Both the position numbers and the translations under genes were made by a program. Positions 1 to 12,414 of a stretch of DNA of 64,000 bases are shown piece by piece (position 1 is the stretch's first letter; every line of letters starts with the position of its first letter). Source of the stretch: Myxococcota bacterium (GTDB lineage Bacteria > Myxococcota_A > UBA9160 > UBA4427). The notes beneath the pieces are model-generated. The model was not told where the DNA came from. It was given only the letters and a program-made list of their open reading frames with translations, and ran no database searches. The stretch covers positions 5,024,001 through 5,088,000 of the forward strand of contig OZ252299.1 of assembly GCA_965250285.1 (NCBI GenBank), written 5' to 3'.

Positions 1-207
1 ACCCTCGAGTTGATGGGCTGGGGGCTCAGCGAGGTGGCGTTCTCGGCGCCACCGGCCGGGCTCATGTTGACGGCGGCGCTCGGCCTCTTCGGGGCCGCGT
101 GCGTTGCACTGGCCTTCTTCCCGCCCGGCTTCTACGTGCGCTTCCGGCTGCCGCGGTTCGAGGCGGCGACCGATGCTTCACGGGCAGCGGACGGCGAATC
201 CAGCTAA
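1..207 (+). CDS. C-terminal part of a membrane protein (truncated by window start)
   Basis: Open frame from position 1 with a hydrophobic helix (LMLTAALGLFGAACVALAFFPP), stop at 205-207. Confidence 0.55.
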   Translation, partial: TLELMGWGLSEVAFSAPPAGLMLTAALGLFGAACVALAFFPPGFYVRFRLPRFEAATDASRAADGESS

Positions 208-368
208 TCTCTCCGGCGTCGCGCCCGGCCCGAGAGGCCCGGTCGCGCCTCCTGGAACCCCCCGAGACTTCGGCCCGACCGGATGCCCCGAGCGCGAGTC
301 GCGCTTCAGGCGGGCACCGATTCTCCCCGCTTCGCGGGCAGACACCACGAGCCGACGAGGATCAGGTC

Positions 369-983
369 ATGGCGAATGAGAGCCCCGGCGATCGCCGCGA
401 ACGCGTCGCCACCCTCGCTCGCAAGACGAAGGAGACCGACATCCAGCTGAACCTTCGGCTGGACGGCAGCGGTCAGTACTCCGTTTCGACGGGCGTGCCC
501 TTCTTCGATCACATGCTCGAATCGTTCACGAAGCACGGTCTGTTCGACCTCGAGCTGACGGCGAAGGGCGATCTCGAGGTCGACCTGCACCACACCGTCG
601 AAGACGTCGGCATCGCGCTCGGCCAGGCCTTCCGCGAGGCGCTCGGCTCGGCCGCGGGCATTCGCCGCTACGGCTTCTTCGTGTTGCCGATGGCCGAGGC
701 GAAGGTCGAGGTCGCGCTCGACGTCTCGAACCGCCCCTATCTCGTGTACGACGTCGAGCTCACGAACGACCGCGTGGGCGATTTCGACGCGACGCTCACC
801 GAAGACTTCGCGTACGCGTTCGCGCACAACGCCGGGCTCGACCTGCATATCGTGAAGCAGTACGGGCGCAGTCCGCATCACGTCGTCGAGGCCGTGTTCA
901 AGGGCCTGGCCCGCGCCCTGCGCGAGGCCGTCGCGATCGACCCGCGCGAAACGGGTCTGCCGACCGTAAAGGGTGCGCTCTGA
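369..983 (+). CDS. hisB: Imidazoleglycerol-phosphate dehydratase
   Basis: RKTKETDI, FFDHML, DLHHTVEDVGI and HHVVEAVFK motifs; ATG at 369. Confidence 0.96.
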   Translation: MANESPGDRRERVATLARKTKETDIQLNLRLDGSGQYSVSTGVPFFDHMLESFTKHGLFDLELTAKGDLEVDLHHTVEDVGIALGQAFREALGSAAGIRRYGFFVLPMAEAKVEVALDVSNRPYLVYDVELTNDRVGDFDATLTEDFAYAFAHNAGLDLHIVKQYGRSPHHVVEAVFKGLARALREAVAIDPRETGLPTVKGAL

Positions 984-1023
984 GCCGTCGCACCGATCTA
1001 CTCTGAGAGAACGGAACCCCCCC

Positions 1024-1692
1024 ATGAGCAACTCGAGTCCGTCGGGCGGCCCGCCCGCCCAGGTCGCCGTCGTCGACTATGGCGCCGGCAATCTGCGCAG
1101 CGTCGCGAAGGCGATCGAACGCAGTGGGCTCGACGTAGTCGTCACGAGCGACCCGGCCGTCGTTCGCGGCGCCGATGGCGTCGTGCTGCCGGGGGTCGGC
1201 GCGTTTCGCGACGCCGTGCTCGAGCTGCGTGAGAGCGGGCTCGAAGACGCGGTGAAGGAAGCCGTCGAGAACGAGAAGCCCTACCTCGGCATGTGCTTCG
1301 GCCTGCAGCTTCTCTTCGAAGAAGGCGACGAGCACGGCAAGACCGCGGGCTTCGGTCTGCTCGGGGGGCGGGTCGAGCGATTCCCCGACAAGGACGAGCG
1401 CGGCGAGCCGCTGCGGGTGCCGCAAATCGGTTGGAACGAAGTCGAGTGGCAGGGCGATCACCCGATGGTCGAGCACCTGCCGCCGCGCGACTTCTACTAC
1501 TTCGTGCACTCGTACCGCCCGGTGCCGACCGACGATTCGATCGTGGTCGGCCGCACCGACTATGGCGGGCGATTCGCGGCGGCCGTGGCGACGTCGACGC
1601 TCTTCGCCGTGCAGTTCCATCCCGAGAAGAGCCAGGCTTCGGGCAAGCGCCTGCTCGATGCGTACAAGGCCTGGGTGGAGCAGAGCCGATGA
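1024..1692 (+). CDS. hisH: Imidazole glycerol phosphate synthase, glutaminase subunit
   Basis: DYGAGNLRSV, LPGVGAF, GMCFGLQ (catalytic Cys), YFVHSY, QFHPEKS. Confidence 0.96.
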   Translation: MSNSSPSGGPPAQVAVVDYGAGNLRSVAKAIERSGLDVVVTSDPAVVRGADGVVLPGVGAFRDAVLELRESGLEDAVKEAVENEKPYLGMCFGLQLLFEEGDEHGKTAGFGLLGGRVERFPDKDERGEPLRVPQIGWNEVEWQGDHPMVEHLPPRDFYYFVHSYRPVPTDDSIVVGRTDYGGRFAAAVATSTLFAVQFHPEKSQASGKRLLDAYKAWVEQSR

Positions 1693-1723
1693 GCGGTGCG
1701 AGCCTGCAATGGGAAACGAGCCG

Positions 1724-2500
1724 ATGAGCACGTTCGAGTTGATTCCGGCCATCGACCTGCTCGGCGGTCAGTGCGTGCGTCTCACGCAGGGGCGCTACGA
1801 AGACGCGACGGTGTACGACGGCGACCCGGGCAAGGTGGCGGGTGGTTTTCGTGCGGTCGGTGTGACGCGCATCCACGTCGTCGATCTCGATGGCGCGAAG
1901 GCGGGTCGCCCGGTTAACCGCGAGGCGATTGCGCACGTGGTGGCGGCAGCGGGCGACGTTCCGGTGCAGCTCGGCGGGGGCCTGCGCGATCTCGCGGGCA
2001 TCGAGGCGGCCTTCGAAGACGGCGTACAGCGCGCGATCCTGGGGACGGTGGCCCTGCGCGATCCGGAGCTCGTGAAGAGCGCGGCGCGCGCCTGGCCGGA
2101 TCGCATCGTCGTCGGCATCGACGCCCGCGACGGGCGCGTGGCGGTCGAGGGCTGGATCGAGGCGAGCGAGACCACGGCGGTCGATCTGGGCAAGCGCTTC
2201 GAAGACGTCGGTGTCGCCGCGATCGTCTACACCGACATCGCGCGCGACGGCATGCTCTCGGGCCCGAACCTCGAACAAACGGCGTCGCTCGCCGACGCGC
2301 TCACGATCCCGGTGATCGTGTCGGGCGGTGTTGCGAGCGAGACCGACATCATCCGCAGCGCATCGCTCGCGCCTCGCGGCATCGCCGGGGTGATCGTCGG
2401 CCGTGCGATCTACACCGGCGACGTCTCGTTGCCGTCGGCGCTCGCGCGGCTCTCGGGTGACACGCCGGCTGCGCGCGAACCGGGAGGCGACGAAGGCTGA
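1724..2500 (+). CDS. hisA: ProFAR isomerase
   Basis: [36 protein letters not shown]. Confidence 0.96.
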   Translation: MSTFELIPAIDLLGGQCVRLTQGRYEDATVYDGDPGKVAGGFRAVGVTRIHVVDLDGAKAGRPVNREAIAHVVAAAGDVPVQLGGGLRDLAGIEAAFEDGVQRAILGTVALRDPELVKSAARAWPDRIVVGIDARDGRVAVEGWIEASETTAVDLGKRFEDVGVAAIVYTDIARDGMLSGPNLEQTASLADALTIPVIVSGGVASETDIIRSASLAPRGIAGVIVGRAIYTGDVSLPSALARLSGDTPAAREPGGDEG

Positions 2501-3306
2501 TGCTGACCAAGCGGATCATCCCGTGTCTCGACGTCGATCAGGGCCGCGTCGTGAAGGGCGTGAAATACGTCGATCACGTCGACTGTGGCGATCCCGTCGA
2601 GGTCGCGCAGCTCTACGATCGCCAGGAAGCCGACGAGATCACGTTCCTCGACATCACGGCCAGCCACGAAGAGCGGGGCATCCTGCTCGACGTGGTCTCG
2701 CGGACGGCCGAGACGGTCTTCATGCCGCTGACCGTCGGTGGCGGGGTGCGCTCGCTGCAGGACATCCGCGATCTCTTGAACGCGGGCGCGGACAAGGTCT
2801 CGATCATGACGGCGGCCGTGAAGAACCCCGAGCTCGTCGAAGAGGCGGCGTACAAGATCGGAAGCGCGAATCTCGTCGTCGCCATCGACGCGAAGGCGAC
2901 CGAGTTCGACGCCGACGGCACGCCCTGCCACTGGGAGGTGTGCACCCATGGTGGCCGCCGCCCGACGGGCATCGATGCGGTCGAGTGGGCCGGCCGGATG
3001 GCCGAGGCGGGCGCGGGTGAGATCCTGCTGACCAGCATGGATCGGGACGGCACCAAGAGCGGGTACGATCTCGACATGCTGCGTGCCGTGGCAGCCCGGG
3101 TGTCAGTGCCGATCGTCGCCTCGGGCGGTGGGGGCAACCCGGAAGATCTCGCGGCGGCCCTCGACGACGGGCCGAAGGGCGGTCACGCCCAGGCTGCGCT
3201 GGCGGCTTCGATCTTCCACTTCGGCGAGTACACGGTCGGCGAGGTCAAGCGGCACTTCATCGACTGGGGGATCCCGGTCCGGCCGCCCGGCCCCGAGGCG
3301 ATCTAG
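2500..3306 (+). CDS. hisF: Imidazole glycerol phosphate synthase, cyclase subunit
   Basis: [42 protein letters not shown]; overlaps the hisA stop. Confidence 0.97.
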   Translation: MLTKRIIPCLDVDQGRVVKGVKYVDHVDCGDPVEVAQLYDRQEADEITFLDITASHEERGILLDVVSRTAETVFMPLTVGGGVRSLQDIRDLLNAGADKVSIMTAAVKNPELVEEAAYKIGSANLVVAIDAKATEFDADGTPCHWEVCTHGGRRPTGIDAVEWAGRMAEAGAGEILLTSMDRDGTKSGYDLDMLRAVAARVSVPIVASGGGGNPEDLAAALDDGPKGGHAQAALAASIFHFGEYTVGEVKRHFIDWGIPVRPPGPEAI

Positions 3307-3999
3307 GCGGAGCCGGGTCGATTGCCCCGCGGGCCGACCCGACGTTCCGAAGCCTCGTGTCGGGCGCTTCGCTGCGCAACGGGTGCGTTGTCTTGAGGCC
3401 CCGTCAGCGCTGCGCTAGCTTGCGCAGTCCGTCGTCGACAAGCGGCTAATCTGGCGTCGGATAAGGGTTTTCTGGGGACGGACCGGCTGACGAGTCGGTC
3501 GTGGAGAAAGCGGCCCTGAGCGCGTTTCGGCCTGCCGAGCGGGCCGGGTCCGAGCCAGGTCCAGAACAGGTCCAGATTCAGACAGCGACGCTTCGAATCG
3601 GGGTGCGGGACGACCGCAAGATCGTTCCCGCTCGAGCGCGTCGATCCAGGAGTCAGCACCGGGAACCGAAGCCGTCGATTCGGACGTGAACGACGGGTCG
3701 GCGATCGCCCCGGAGTGAAACGAAGCAGCCACAGCGGAAGCAGGCGAGGCACGAGCGCAACCGCAGCGGAAGTCAATCGCCGTCACTGGAAGATGGTCCG
3801 GGACACGGCGCAAACACGGGACGAACACAGGTCAATCGAAGCGCTCAGCGCCACAGGGGCCGTGTTCGAACCACTCATACTACGCCGCCGGTCGGTCGGA
3901 CCGGGTCGCATGACGCACGATGACGGATGACGAGAGTCGAACCGAGTCAAGTCGCGACGCGAACGACCCAGAGGCGGTGATCGGGAGCAAGAAGAAGCC

Positions 4000-4197
4000 A
4001 TGCCGGTCGTGAAGGTCAAGGACAACGAGTCGTTCGAGCAGGCGCTCAAGCGATTCAAGAAGACGGTTGAGAAGGCGGGCACTCTGACGGAGCTGCGGCG
4101 GCGCGAGTACTACGACAAGCCCAGCATCCGCAAGAAGAAGAAGGCCGCCGCGGCGCGCAAGCGCGCGCTCAAGAAGATGAGGCGCATGGCTCGCTGA
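4000..4197 (+). CDS. rpsU: 30S ribosomal protein bS21
   Basis: [13 protein letters not shown]...RREYYDKPS; lies upstream of dnaG-rpoD. Confidence 0.96.
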   Translation: MPVVKVKDNESFEQALKRFKKTVEKAGTLTELRRREYYDKPSIRKKKKAAAARKRALKKMRRMAR

Positions 4198-4222
4198 GCG
4201 AGATGCACCTGATCGCGCGAGG

Positions 4223-6043
4223 GTGGATTTGGGGCTGATCCCGGACGACACGCTCCGAGAGATCGAGAGCCGGGCCGACATCGTCGGCTTGATCGGCCGG
4301 TATGTCGAGCTGAAGCCGGCGGGCCGCAACCACAAGGGCCTTTGCCCGTTCCACGACGAAAAGACTCCGAGCTTCAACGTCAATCCCGATCGGGGCATCT
4401 TCCACTGCTTCGGTTGCCAGGCGGGCGGCGGCGTCTTCAAGTTCCTCATGCTCCATGAGAACCTGACGTTCCCCGAAGCGGTGCGTCAGCTGGCCGACGA
4501 GGTCGGGGTCGAGATCCCCGAGACCCGTGGCAACCGCGAGACTGCATCGAAGAGCGAGAAGATCTTCGCCGCGCTGAAGCTCGCTCAGGACTCCTACCGG
4601 CGCGAGCTCGCTGGCAGCAAGGGCGCCCCCGGGCGCGACTATCTCGAGCGCCGGGGTCTCGACGCCGAGACCATCGAAGCGTTCGGTCTCGGCTACGTCC
4701 CCGAAGCCTGGGACACGGTCGAGTCGGCGCTGCGCCGCGCGGATATCCCTGCGCAGATTGGCGTCGAGGCCGGGCTGCTGCTCGAGCGCAAGGGCGGCGG
4801 CGGTCACTACGACCGGCTGCGCCACCGCGTGATCTTCCCGATCCAGGACGTGCGCGGTCGCTTCATCGCTTTCGGCGGTCGCGCGCTGTCGAAGGACGAC
4901 CCCGCCAAGTACATGAACACGGCCGAGAGCCCCGTCTTCCACAAGCGGCGCTCGTTCTACGGGCTGCCGGTGGCGCTCGAACACATCCGACGTGCGAAGC
5001 GGGCGATCGTCTGCGAGGGCTACTTCGACGCGATCGCGCTCAGTCGCGCCGGGCTCGGCGAGGCGCTTGCGACGTGCGGCACCGCGCTCACCGAAGATCA
5101 TGCGCGCGAGGTGATGCGCCGAACGCAGAACGTGAGCCTGCTCTTCGACGGCGACGAGGCCGGCCAGAACGCGATGGAGAAGGCGCTCACCGTTCTGCTG
5201 CCTCAGGGCCTGCGCGCGAAGGCGGTGCTGCTGCCCGAGGGTCAGGACCCCGACGACTATCTGAACGCGCACGGGGCCGAGGCGCTGCGCGACGTGGTCG
5301 ACGCGGCGCCGGCGGCCCTCGACGTCGTGATTCGCCGTGCGATGCAGGCCGGTTGCTCCACACCCGATGAGAAAGCCGACGTCGTCCGTCACGTCGGCGC
5401 GCTGGTGGCCCTGATCCCGAACACCGTCGAGCGGGGTGAGTGGGCGCGGCGCCTGGCGGTGTCGACGGGAGCCGACACGCGCGCCGTCGAAGCGACGGTG
5501 CGCGATCTGCGCGGTGGCCGTTCGCGCGAGACGCGCGAGGTGCTGCGCGATACGCCGGTGCGCCCCCGACGCAGCGGCCCCGAGGAGCGTCAGCTTCGCC
5601 AGCTGGTCGGCATGGCCGCGCGGCACCCCGGCGAGTTCTCGACGAGCCTTCGCGAACGGTTGCCCGGCGTGCTGCCCGATTGTCTGCAGCGTGATGTGGT
5701 GCTCGAGCTGCTCGCCGCCGCCGACGAAGGGCTGACCGACGAGAGCGGGGGCGTCGACATCCGCGCGCTCGGCGAACACCTCGACGAGGCGAAGGATCTC
5801 GCGCTGCGCGAGGCCCTCGCCGACGACTCACTGGCCGACAACGATCAGGATCGGGCCGCGATCATCGGCGACCTGATCGGTCACTTCACGAAGAAGAAGG
5901 CGGCCGAAGAGCAGAGTGACATCCAGCGCCGGCTGCGGGAGCCCGGTGCAGACACGCTGGCCCTGCTGCGAGAGCGCGATGAAGTGCTGCGCAAGAAGCG
6001 AGAACAACTCCGGGCCAAGACCCCGGCTTCGAATTCGAACTGA
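4223..6043 (+). CDS. dnaG: DNA primase
   Basis: CPFHDEKTPSF zinc finger, FGGR, KYMNTAES, TOPRIM motifs EGYFD, FDGDEAG and DPDD. Confidence 0.97.
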   Translation: MDLGLIPDDTLREIESRADIVGLIGRYVELKPAGRNHKGLCPFHDEKTPSFNVNPDRGIFHCFGCQAGGGVFKFLMLHENLTFPEAVRQLADEVGVEIPETRGNRETASKSEKIFAALKLAQDSYRRELAGSKGAPGRDYLERRGLDAETIEAFGLGYVPEAWDTVESALRRADIPAQIGVEAGLLLERKGGGGHYDRLRHRVIFPIQDVRGRFIAFGGRALSKDDPAKYMNTAESPVFHKRRSFYGLPVALEHIRRAKRAIVCEGYFDAIALSRAGLGEALATCGTALTEDHAREVMRRTQNVSLLFDGDEAGQNAMEKALTVLLPQGLRAKAVLLPEGQDPDDYLNAHGAEALRDVVDAAPAALDVVIRRAMQAGCSTPDEKADVVRHVGALVALIPNTVERGEWARRLAVSTGADTRAVEATVRDLRGGRSRETREVLRDTPVRPRRSGPEERQLRQLVGMAARHPGEFSTSLRERLPGVLPDCLQRDVVLELLAAADEGLTDESGGVDIRALGEHLDEAKDLALREALADDSLADNDQDRAAIIGDLIGHFTKKKAAEEQSDIQRRLREPGADTLALLRERDEVLRKKREQLRAKTPASNSN

Positions 6044-6423
6044 TCCGAACCCGAGCACCCGGACCGCATGGCCGGGATGCGAGAAGAGAGAGCGAGAGAC
6101 GACGAGAACGAACGACCGATCGAATGGTGGCAGAAGGATCGATGGCAAAGGGCCCGAAGGATGCCGGGACCCAGGCGCCGTCCCCGGAAGCGATCACGAG
6201 ATCTCCTGATCGACGGACAGACAGATCGACAGACTGATCGATAGACAGTCAGGTCGATCGAAGAAGCAGAAAACGAAGAAGAAGAAGTAGCCGAAGCAAC
6301 CGCTGAACCTGGATCTGCACCGGAAGCACCCCGCTCAAGCGCCCATCTCGTGGCTGGTCACCGCGAGTCTGGAGGGAGAGCCGAGCGGACGCTGCCGTCA
6401 GGACGAATCGAAGGAGACCCCCC

Positions 6424-8229
<1,806 letters not shown>

Positions 8230-8301
8230 CCGCCCCGCGGCCGCACCGAAGAAGCGAGTTCGAGGTGCGGTCGTCCGACCGACGTGCCGAGCCGGGGGGC
8301 G

Positions 8302-8799
8302 TCAGCGCGCAGTCATGCGTGAGATGAGCGCGTTCGCGACGGTCGCAGCCGCCGTCGTCCCCACCGCAATCTCGACCGAGACGGCCACGAAGTTGGCCGC
8401 GCTGCCGGCGTGTACGACGGGCAGCCCGAAGAGCGCGCTCGGCAAGAAGACCGCGGTGATCAGAGCGCCCGTACCGATCGCAATGCCGAAGAAAGCGGCG
8501 CACTGGTGTAAGCGCGGGCGCTCGGCGAGACCTGTGCTTCGCTGCGCCAGCAGATAGAGCGGAAGCGTGAGCAGGACGTGGGGCCAGAGCGCCTTCACGA
8601 GCACGATGCGCGCGTAGAGGATCAGCGCCGTCTGCGTCGTCCGCAGCTCTTCGCTCGGCCGCACGACGATCGCGAGCTGGGTGAGCGCGAGAATCAGGAT
8701 CGCAAAGCCCAGAGTGAGGACCAGCGGGGTGGCCAGGCTGAAGAGCCATGGGCGCCCGACGAGCGCGCCCGCCACCCTCGTCGACGTCGTCCCGCCCAT
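8302..8799 (-). CDS. Hypothetical integral membrane protein (about 4 TM)
   Basis: Four hydrophobic segments; follows the PEP-CTERM gene on the same strand. Confidence 0.65.
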   Translation of the reverse strand: MGGTTSTRVAGALVGRPWLFSLATPLVLTLGFAILILALTQLAIVVRPSEELRTTQTALILYARIVLVKALWPHVLLTLPLYLLAQRSTGLAERPRLHQCAAFFGIAIGTGALITAVFLPSALFGLPVVHAGSAANFVAVSVEIAVGTTAAATVANALISRMTAR

Positions 8800-8825
8800 C
8801 ACGGCCCCCTCGCCGAGTGTCTCGC

Positions 8826-11612
8826 TCAACCCACCCGGCCTCGCCGGCGCCGCCGCGCGTCGATCGACACCAGAGTGACGAGGCCCGCCGCGAACAGCGC
8901 GCCGATCGTCGGCTCGGGCAGGTATACCAGGTCGAGCTCGCCCTCGATGTAGCCACCCGAAGACAGCGGTGTGACCGCGCCGCTCAGCGGGTCGACGTGC
9001 ACGATCTGGCCGCCGGTGCAGGCACCGTCGGCGCAATTGCCCGATTCGGCGACCCAGATGTCGCCGCTCGCGGGGTCGACGGTCACGCCGGTCGGCATGT
9101 TCCACGTGCCTCCGTTGTCGAGCGCGGTGGCCGAGCCGTCTGCGGCATCGACGCGATAGATGCCGGGGCCGAGATCGAACTCGCGACCCACCGCGAGGAT
9201 GCCGCCGCCCGGTTCGAGGGCGAGGTCGAGCCACTTTGCCCGCGCGAAGACGCCCCAGTCGAGCGGTGTCGCGATTCGGGTGACGGGGTCGATCCGCATC
9301 ACGCCGCCGCCGAGGAACCCGAGGCCGGTGGTCAGCACGGCGCCGCTCGGCTCGATGGCGAGCGTATCGCCATCGGCGACACCGAGGTTCGGCAGGATCT
9401 CGGGCGTCGGGATCGACATCCAGAGCGTCGTCGTGGTGTCACCGTGCGCATGGGTATAGAGCCCGTCGGCTTCGAGAACGAAGGCGACGTCGTCGTCCCC
9501 GACCTCGACCTGCAGAGACTCGTTCGAGTCGAGTGAACTCGTCAGCACGGTTTGTGTGCCGCTCCCGCCGATCGAAACGAGGCCGATGGGATCCGCAATG
9601 AGGATCCCTGCGCCCCGTCGATCGAGACCCTGCGGCGCCTCGAGCTGCGCGCCCTGGCTGATCAGGGTCTGTACGCCCGATCCCGGATCGACGTGGAAGA
9701 GCGTTCGGCTGGTGCGATCGACGACGTAGAGGCCGCCCCCGAGTACGTCGAAGCGGCGCTCGCTGGCGAACTGCGCATTCGGGCAGTCGGTGTCGGCCGG
9801 ATAGTCGATCTGACCGTCGCCGTCGTTGTCGATGCCGTCCGAGCACTGCGGTGCTTCGATCGGATCGTCAGCGCTCGTGCAAGCCGGGTACTGCTGCGGA
9901 TGATCGATCAGGCCGTCGCCGTCGTTGTCGATGCCGTCCGAGCATTGAGGGGCTTCGGCGAGCTGGTCGGCCGACGTGCAGTCGGCGTCAGCGGGGAAGT
10001 CGATCTGCCCGTCGCCGTCGTTGTCGATCCCGTCGCTGCAGCCGGGCAGCTCGCTCGCATCCCAGGGCGCGCGACACTCGGTGTCGGCGGGATGATCGAG
10101 GGCACCATCATCGTCGTCGTCGAGCCCGTTCGAGCAGGCCGGGTCTTCGCGCACCGAGTTCTCGTCGCGGCAGCCGGGATCGTCGAGGTCGAACAGACCG
10201 TCGCCATCGTTGTCGATCCCGTCTGCGCAGTCGGGTTGCTCGGTCGGGTCATCGGGTGAGCGACAGCCGGCGTCGCCCGCGAAGTCGATCTGTCCGTCGC
10301 CGTCGTTGTCGATGCCGTCGGCACAGTCGAGCGACTCGGACAAGTCGACCGGGCTCGTGCAGCCGTCATCGGCCGGATGATCGGTCGCGCCGTCGGGCTC
10401 GTCGTCGACGCCGTTTCGGCAGGCGGGCGCGATCACGAACGCGACCCATCCCTCCTCGTGACCGGCGGGGTTCACACCCGTCCCGACGACGAAGAAACCG
10501 CCGTCGACCTCGTCCGAGACGCCCGTGGCGGCGGTCAGGATCCAGCCCGTCAGATCGAGTCCATATGCGTTCGTGAGCTCGGTCTTCAGATCGCGCATGC
10601 CGAGGCCCGCATCGAAGATGAATGCACGATCTTCGCCGTCCGCATTGGCGGCGCTTCCGAAGACGAGCCCGCCATCGGCGCTGACCGCGAGAGCGCGACT
10701 GCGAACGACCGGTGCACCCGGTAGTGAGCCCAGCTCGGTCAGCGTGGTGTAGCCGGCGCCGGTCCACGTGACCGCCTGAAGATCGATGGCCACGGTCGTG
10801 CCACCCGGCAGCGTCAGCGTGCTCTTGCTCGAGAAGCCCACGAGGGTCGAGCCATCGGCCGAGACGTCCAGCACCGAGGACGTGCGCGGTGCTGCCGCGG
10901 TGAGCGCGGGCAGCGCAGTCAGGCCCGAGCCGGTCCACACCCAGGCATCCTGACCGTGGTTGCGCTGGTGCGCGCCACCGATCACGCCGCCGTTCGACGA
11001 TGACGCGATGGCCTGGCCGATCTCCTGATCGCCGCTCAGGTTCCCCAGGTCGGAGAGGCCGGTGCCGCCGCCCGGCCAGCGCACGGGGTCGACGCGAAGC
11101 GGCGCCGTCCCACCCCCGCGCCCGACGGCGTAGCCCAGAACCACGAGACCGTCGGTCGACACACCGAGTGCGTCGGTGACGGGATCGCAATCGCTGCACG
11201 ACTGCGCGTTCAGCAGAATGCTCGCTCCGCCCTGATGTCGGAAGCCCCGCTTGACGCCCGAGCCGTCGAGGCTCGAACCGACGACGACCGCGCCATCGCT
11301 CGAGACCGCGCGCGCGACGCTCGGAGCGCTGCCTCCGGGCAGGAAGCCGAGGCCCCCGATGCCGGCGCCGCTCGTCCATGTGAATGCTTCGGTGCCGTTC
11401 GCCCCGTCGCTCTCGCCGACCACCGTTGCGCCGTCGGCCGAGATGTCGTGGGCCGCGCTCGACGTGGCTCCGCCCGGCAGATCGCCCACGCCCTCGAACG
11501 TGGGGGTCTGCGGGTTCGCCATGGCCACACCCGCCGCTAGCGCGCTGGCAACTAACCCTGCAACGAACCCCGTGACGAGCCACGCCACGAAGAAAGCGAC
11601 GAAGCGCGCCAT
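8826..11612 (-). CDS. Large PEP-CTERM surface protein with HAF-like propeller repeats, DxDxDG Cys repeats and a C-terminal propeller-like domain
   Basis: Signal peptide; S-x-A-x-x-VS-x-DG-x-VVG repeats; seven C-x-DG-x-D-x-D-x-DG repeats; C-terminal LPEP + TM + RRRRR. Confidence 0.85.
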   Translation of the reverse strand: MARFVAFFVAWLVTGFVAGLVASALAAGVAMANPQTPTFEGVGDLPGGATSSAAHDISADGATVVGESDGANGTEAFTWTSGAGIGGLGFLPGGSAPSVARAVSSDGAVVVGSSLDGSGVKRGFRHQGGASILLNAQSCSDCDPVTDALGVSTDGLVVLGYAVGRGGGTAPLRVDPVRWPGGGTGLSDLGNLSGDQEIGQAIASSSNGGVIGGAHQRNHGQDAWVWTGSGLTALPALTAAAPRTSSVLDVSADGSTLVGFSSKSTLTLPGGTTVAIDLQAVTWTGAGYTTLTELGSLPGAPVVRSRALAVSADGGLVFGSAANADGEDRAFIFDAGLGMRDLKTELTNAYGLDLTGWILTAATGVSDEVDGGFFVVGTGVNPAGHEEGWVAFVIAPACRNGVDDEPDGATDHPADDGCTSPVDLSESLDCADGIDNDGDGQIDFAGDAGCRSPDDPTEQPDCADGIDNDGDGLFDLDDPGCRDENSVREDPACSNGLDDDDDGALDHPADTECRAPWDASELPGCSDGIDNDGDGQIDFPADADCTSADQLAEAPQCSDGIDNDGDGLIDHPQQYPACTSADDPIEAPQCSDGIDNDGDGQIDYPADTDCPNAQFASERRFDVLGGGLYVVDRTSRTLFHVDPGSGVQTLISQGAQLEAPQGLDRRGAGILIADPIGLVSIGGSGTQTVLTSSLDSNESLQVEVGDDDVAFVLEADGLYTHAHGDTTTTLWMSIPTPEILPNLGVADGDTLAIEPSGAVLTTGLGFLGGGVMRIDPVTRIATPLDWGVFARAKWLDLALEPGGGILAVGREFDLGPGIYRVDAADGSATALDNGGTWNMPTGVTVDPASGDIWVAESGNCADGACTGGQIVHVDPLSGAVTPLSSGGYIEGELDLVYLPEPTIGALFAAGLVTLVSIDARRRRRGRVG
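9757..10424 (-). repeat. Seven intragenic ~32-aa CxDGIDNDGDGxIDxPxDxxC repeats (putative Ca-binding, disulfide-linked)
   Basis: Visible in the translation and as recurring ccgtcgccgtcgttgtcgat in the DNA. Confidence 0.9.
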
Positions 11613-11727
11613 GCGCGTCGCGCGGGGGAGGAGGGGGATGCGGTGCATCTGTGCGGAGAGTCCCGAGTCGAGACGCTCCGGGGCCGCGCGTGCGTGGCCC
11701 CGGAGCGCGTCGAACCGCGCCACGTCG

Positions 11728-12414
11728 CTAGGGCGCGACGATCTCCAGGCAGGCGTCGAGCAGCGGCGACGTCGGGAACGCGTCGACCGAGCTGAGCGAC
11801 AGCTCGCCGCCGATGTGAAGCGGCAGCGAAATCGGGCCGATCTCGGCGTTGAAGGTCTCGTCGAGCTCCTGGGTCACGCTGAGACCGCCGCCCCCGGTGA
11901 GCAGGCCGAGCATGTCACCAAGCGAGAGCGGCACCGTCGACTGCAGGTTGAACGGGAAGGCGAAGCCATCGGGGATCGCCGCTGCCAGCGCCTCGTTGCC
12001 GATCAGGCCCCGGGTGTTGATCGAGACGTCGAACGTCGCCGAGCCGCCCCAGATGTCGGCCGCGAAGCTGCCGCCGCCGGGATCGGCCGGGTCGGGTACG
12101 ACGCAGAGCTCCTCGGTGTCGAGGCCGAGCAGGTTGAAGCCGCTCGACGCGAAGAGGATCTCACCGACCGACACGTCGCCGTCGATGTTGCCGAGGATCA
12201 GGTCGAAGAACCCGATCCCGATGTCGATGTTCATCACCGTGCCGCCCTCGAGTGGCGCCACGGCGACGGTTCCGCTGCCCGCCGGTACCTCGATCTCCAT
12301 GGCGCTGCCCTCGTCGAGCGCGAGCGTCTGATCGATCGAGAGATTGCAACCGAACGAGCCGGCCGCGACCGCCATCACGAGTGCGGTCAGCCCCAGTCTG
12401 AATTGCGTCTGCAT
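11728..12414 (-). CDS. Hypothetical lipoprotein (acidic, predicted beta-rich)
   Basis: MQTQFRLGLTALVMAVAAGSFG-C lipobox-like signal; purine-rich RBS (AGGGGAAAGAGG). Confidence 0.75.
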   Translation of the reverse strand: MQTQFRLGLTALVMAVAAGSFGCNLSIDQTLALDEGSAMEIEVPAGSGTVAVAPLEGGTVMNIDIGIGFFDLILGNIDGDVSVGEILFASSGFNLLGLDTEELCVVPDPADPGGGSFAADIWGGSATFDVSINTRGLIGNEALAAAIPDGFAFPFNLQSTVPLSLGDMLGLLTGGGGLSVTQELDETFNAEIGPISLPLHIGGELSLSSVDAFPTSPLLDACLEIVAP

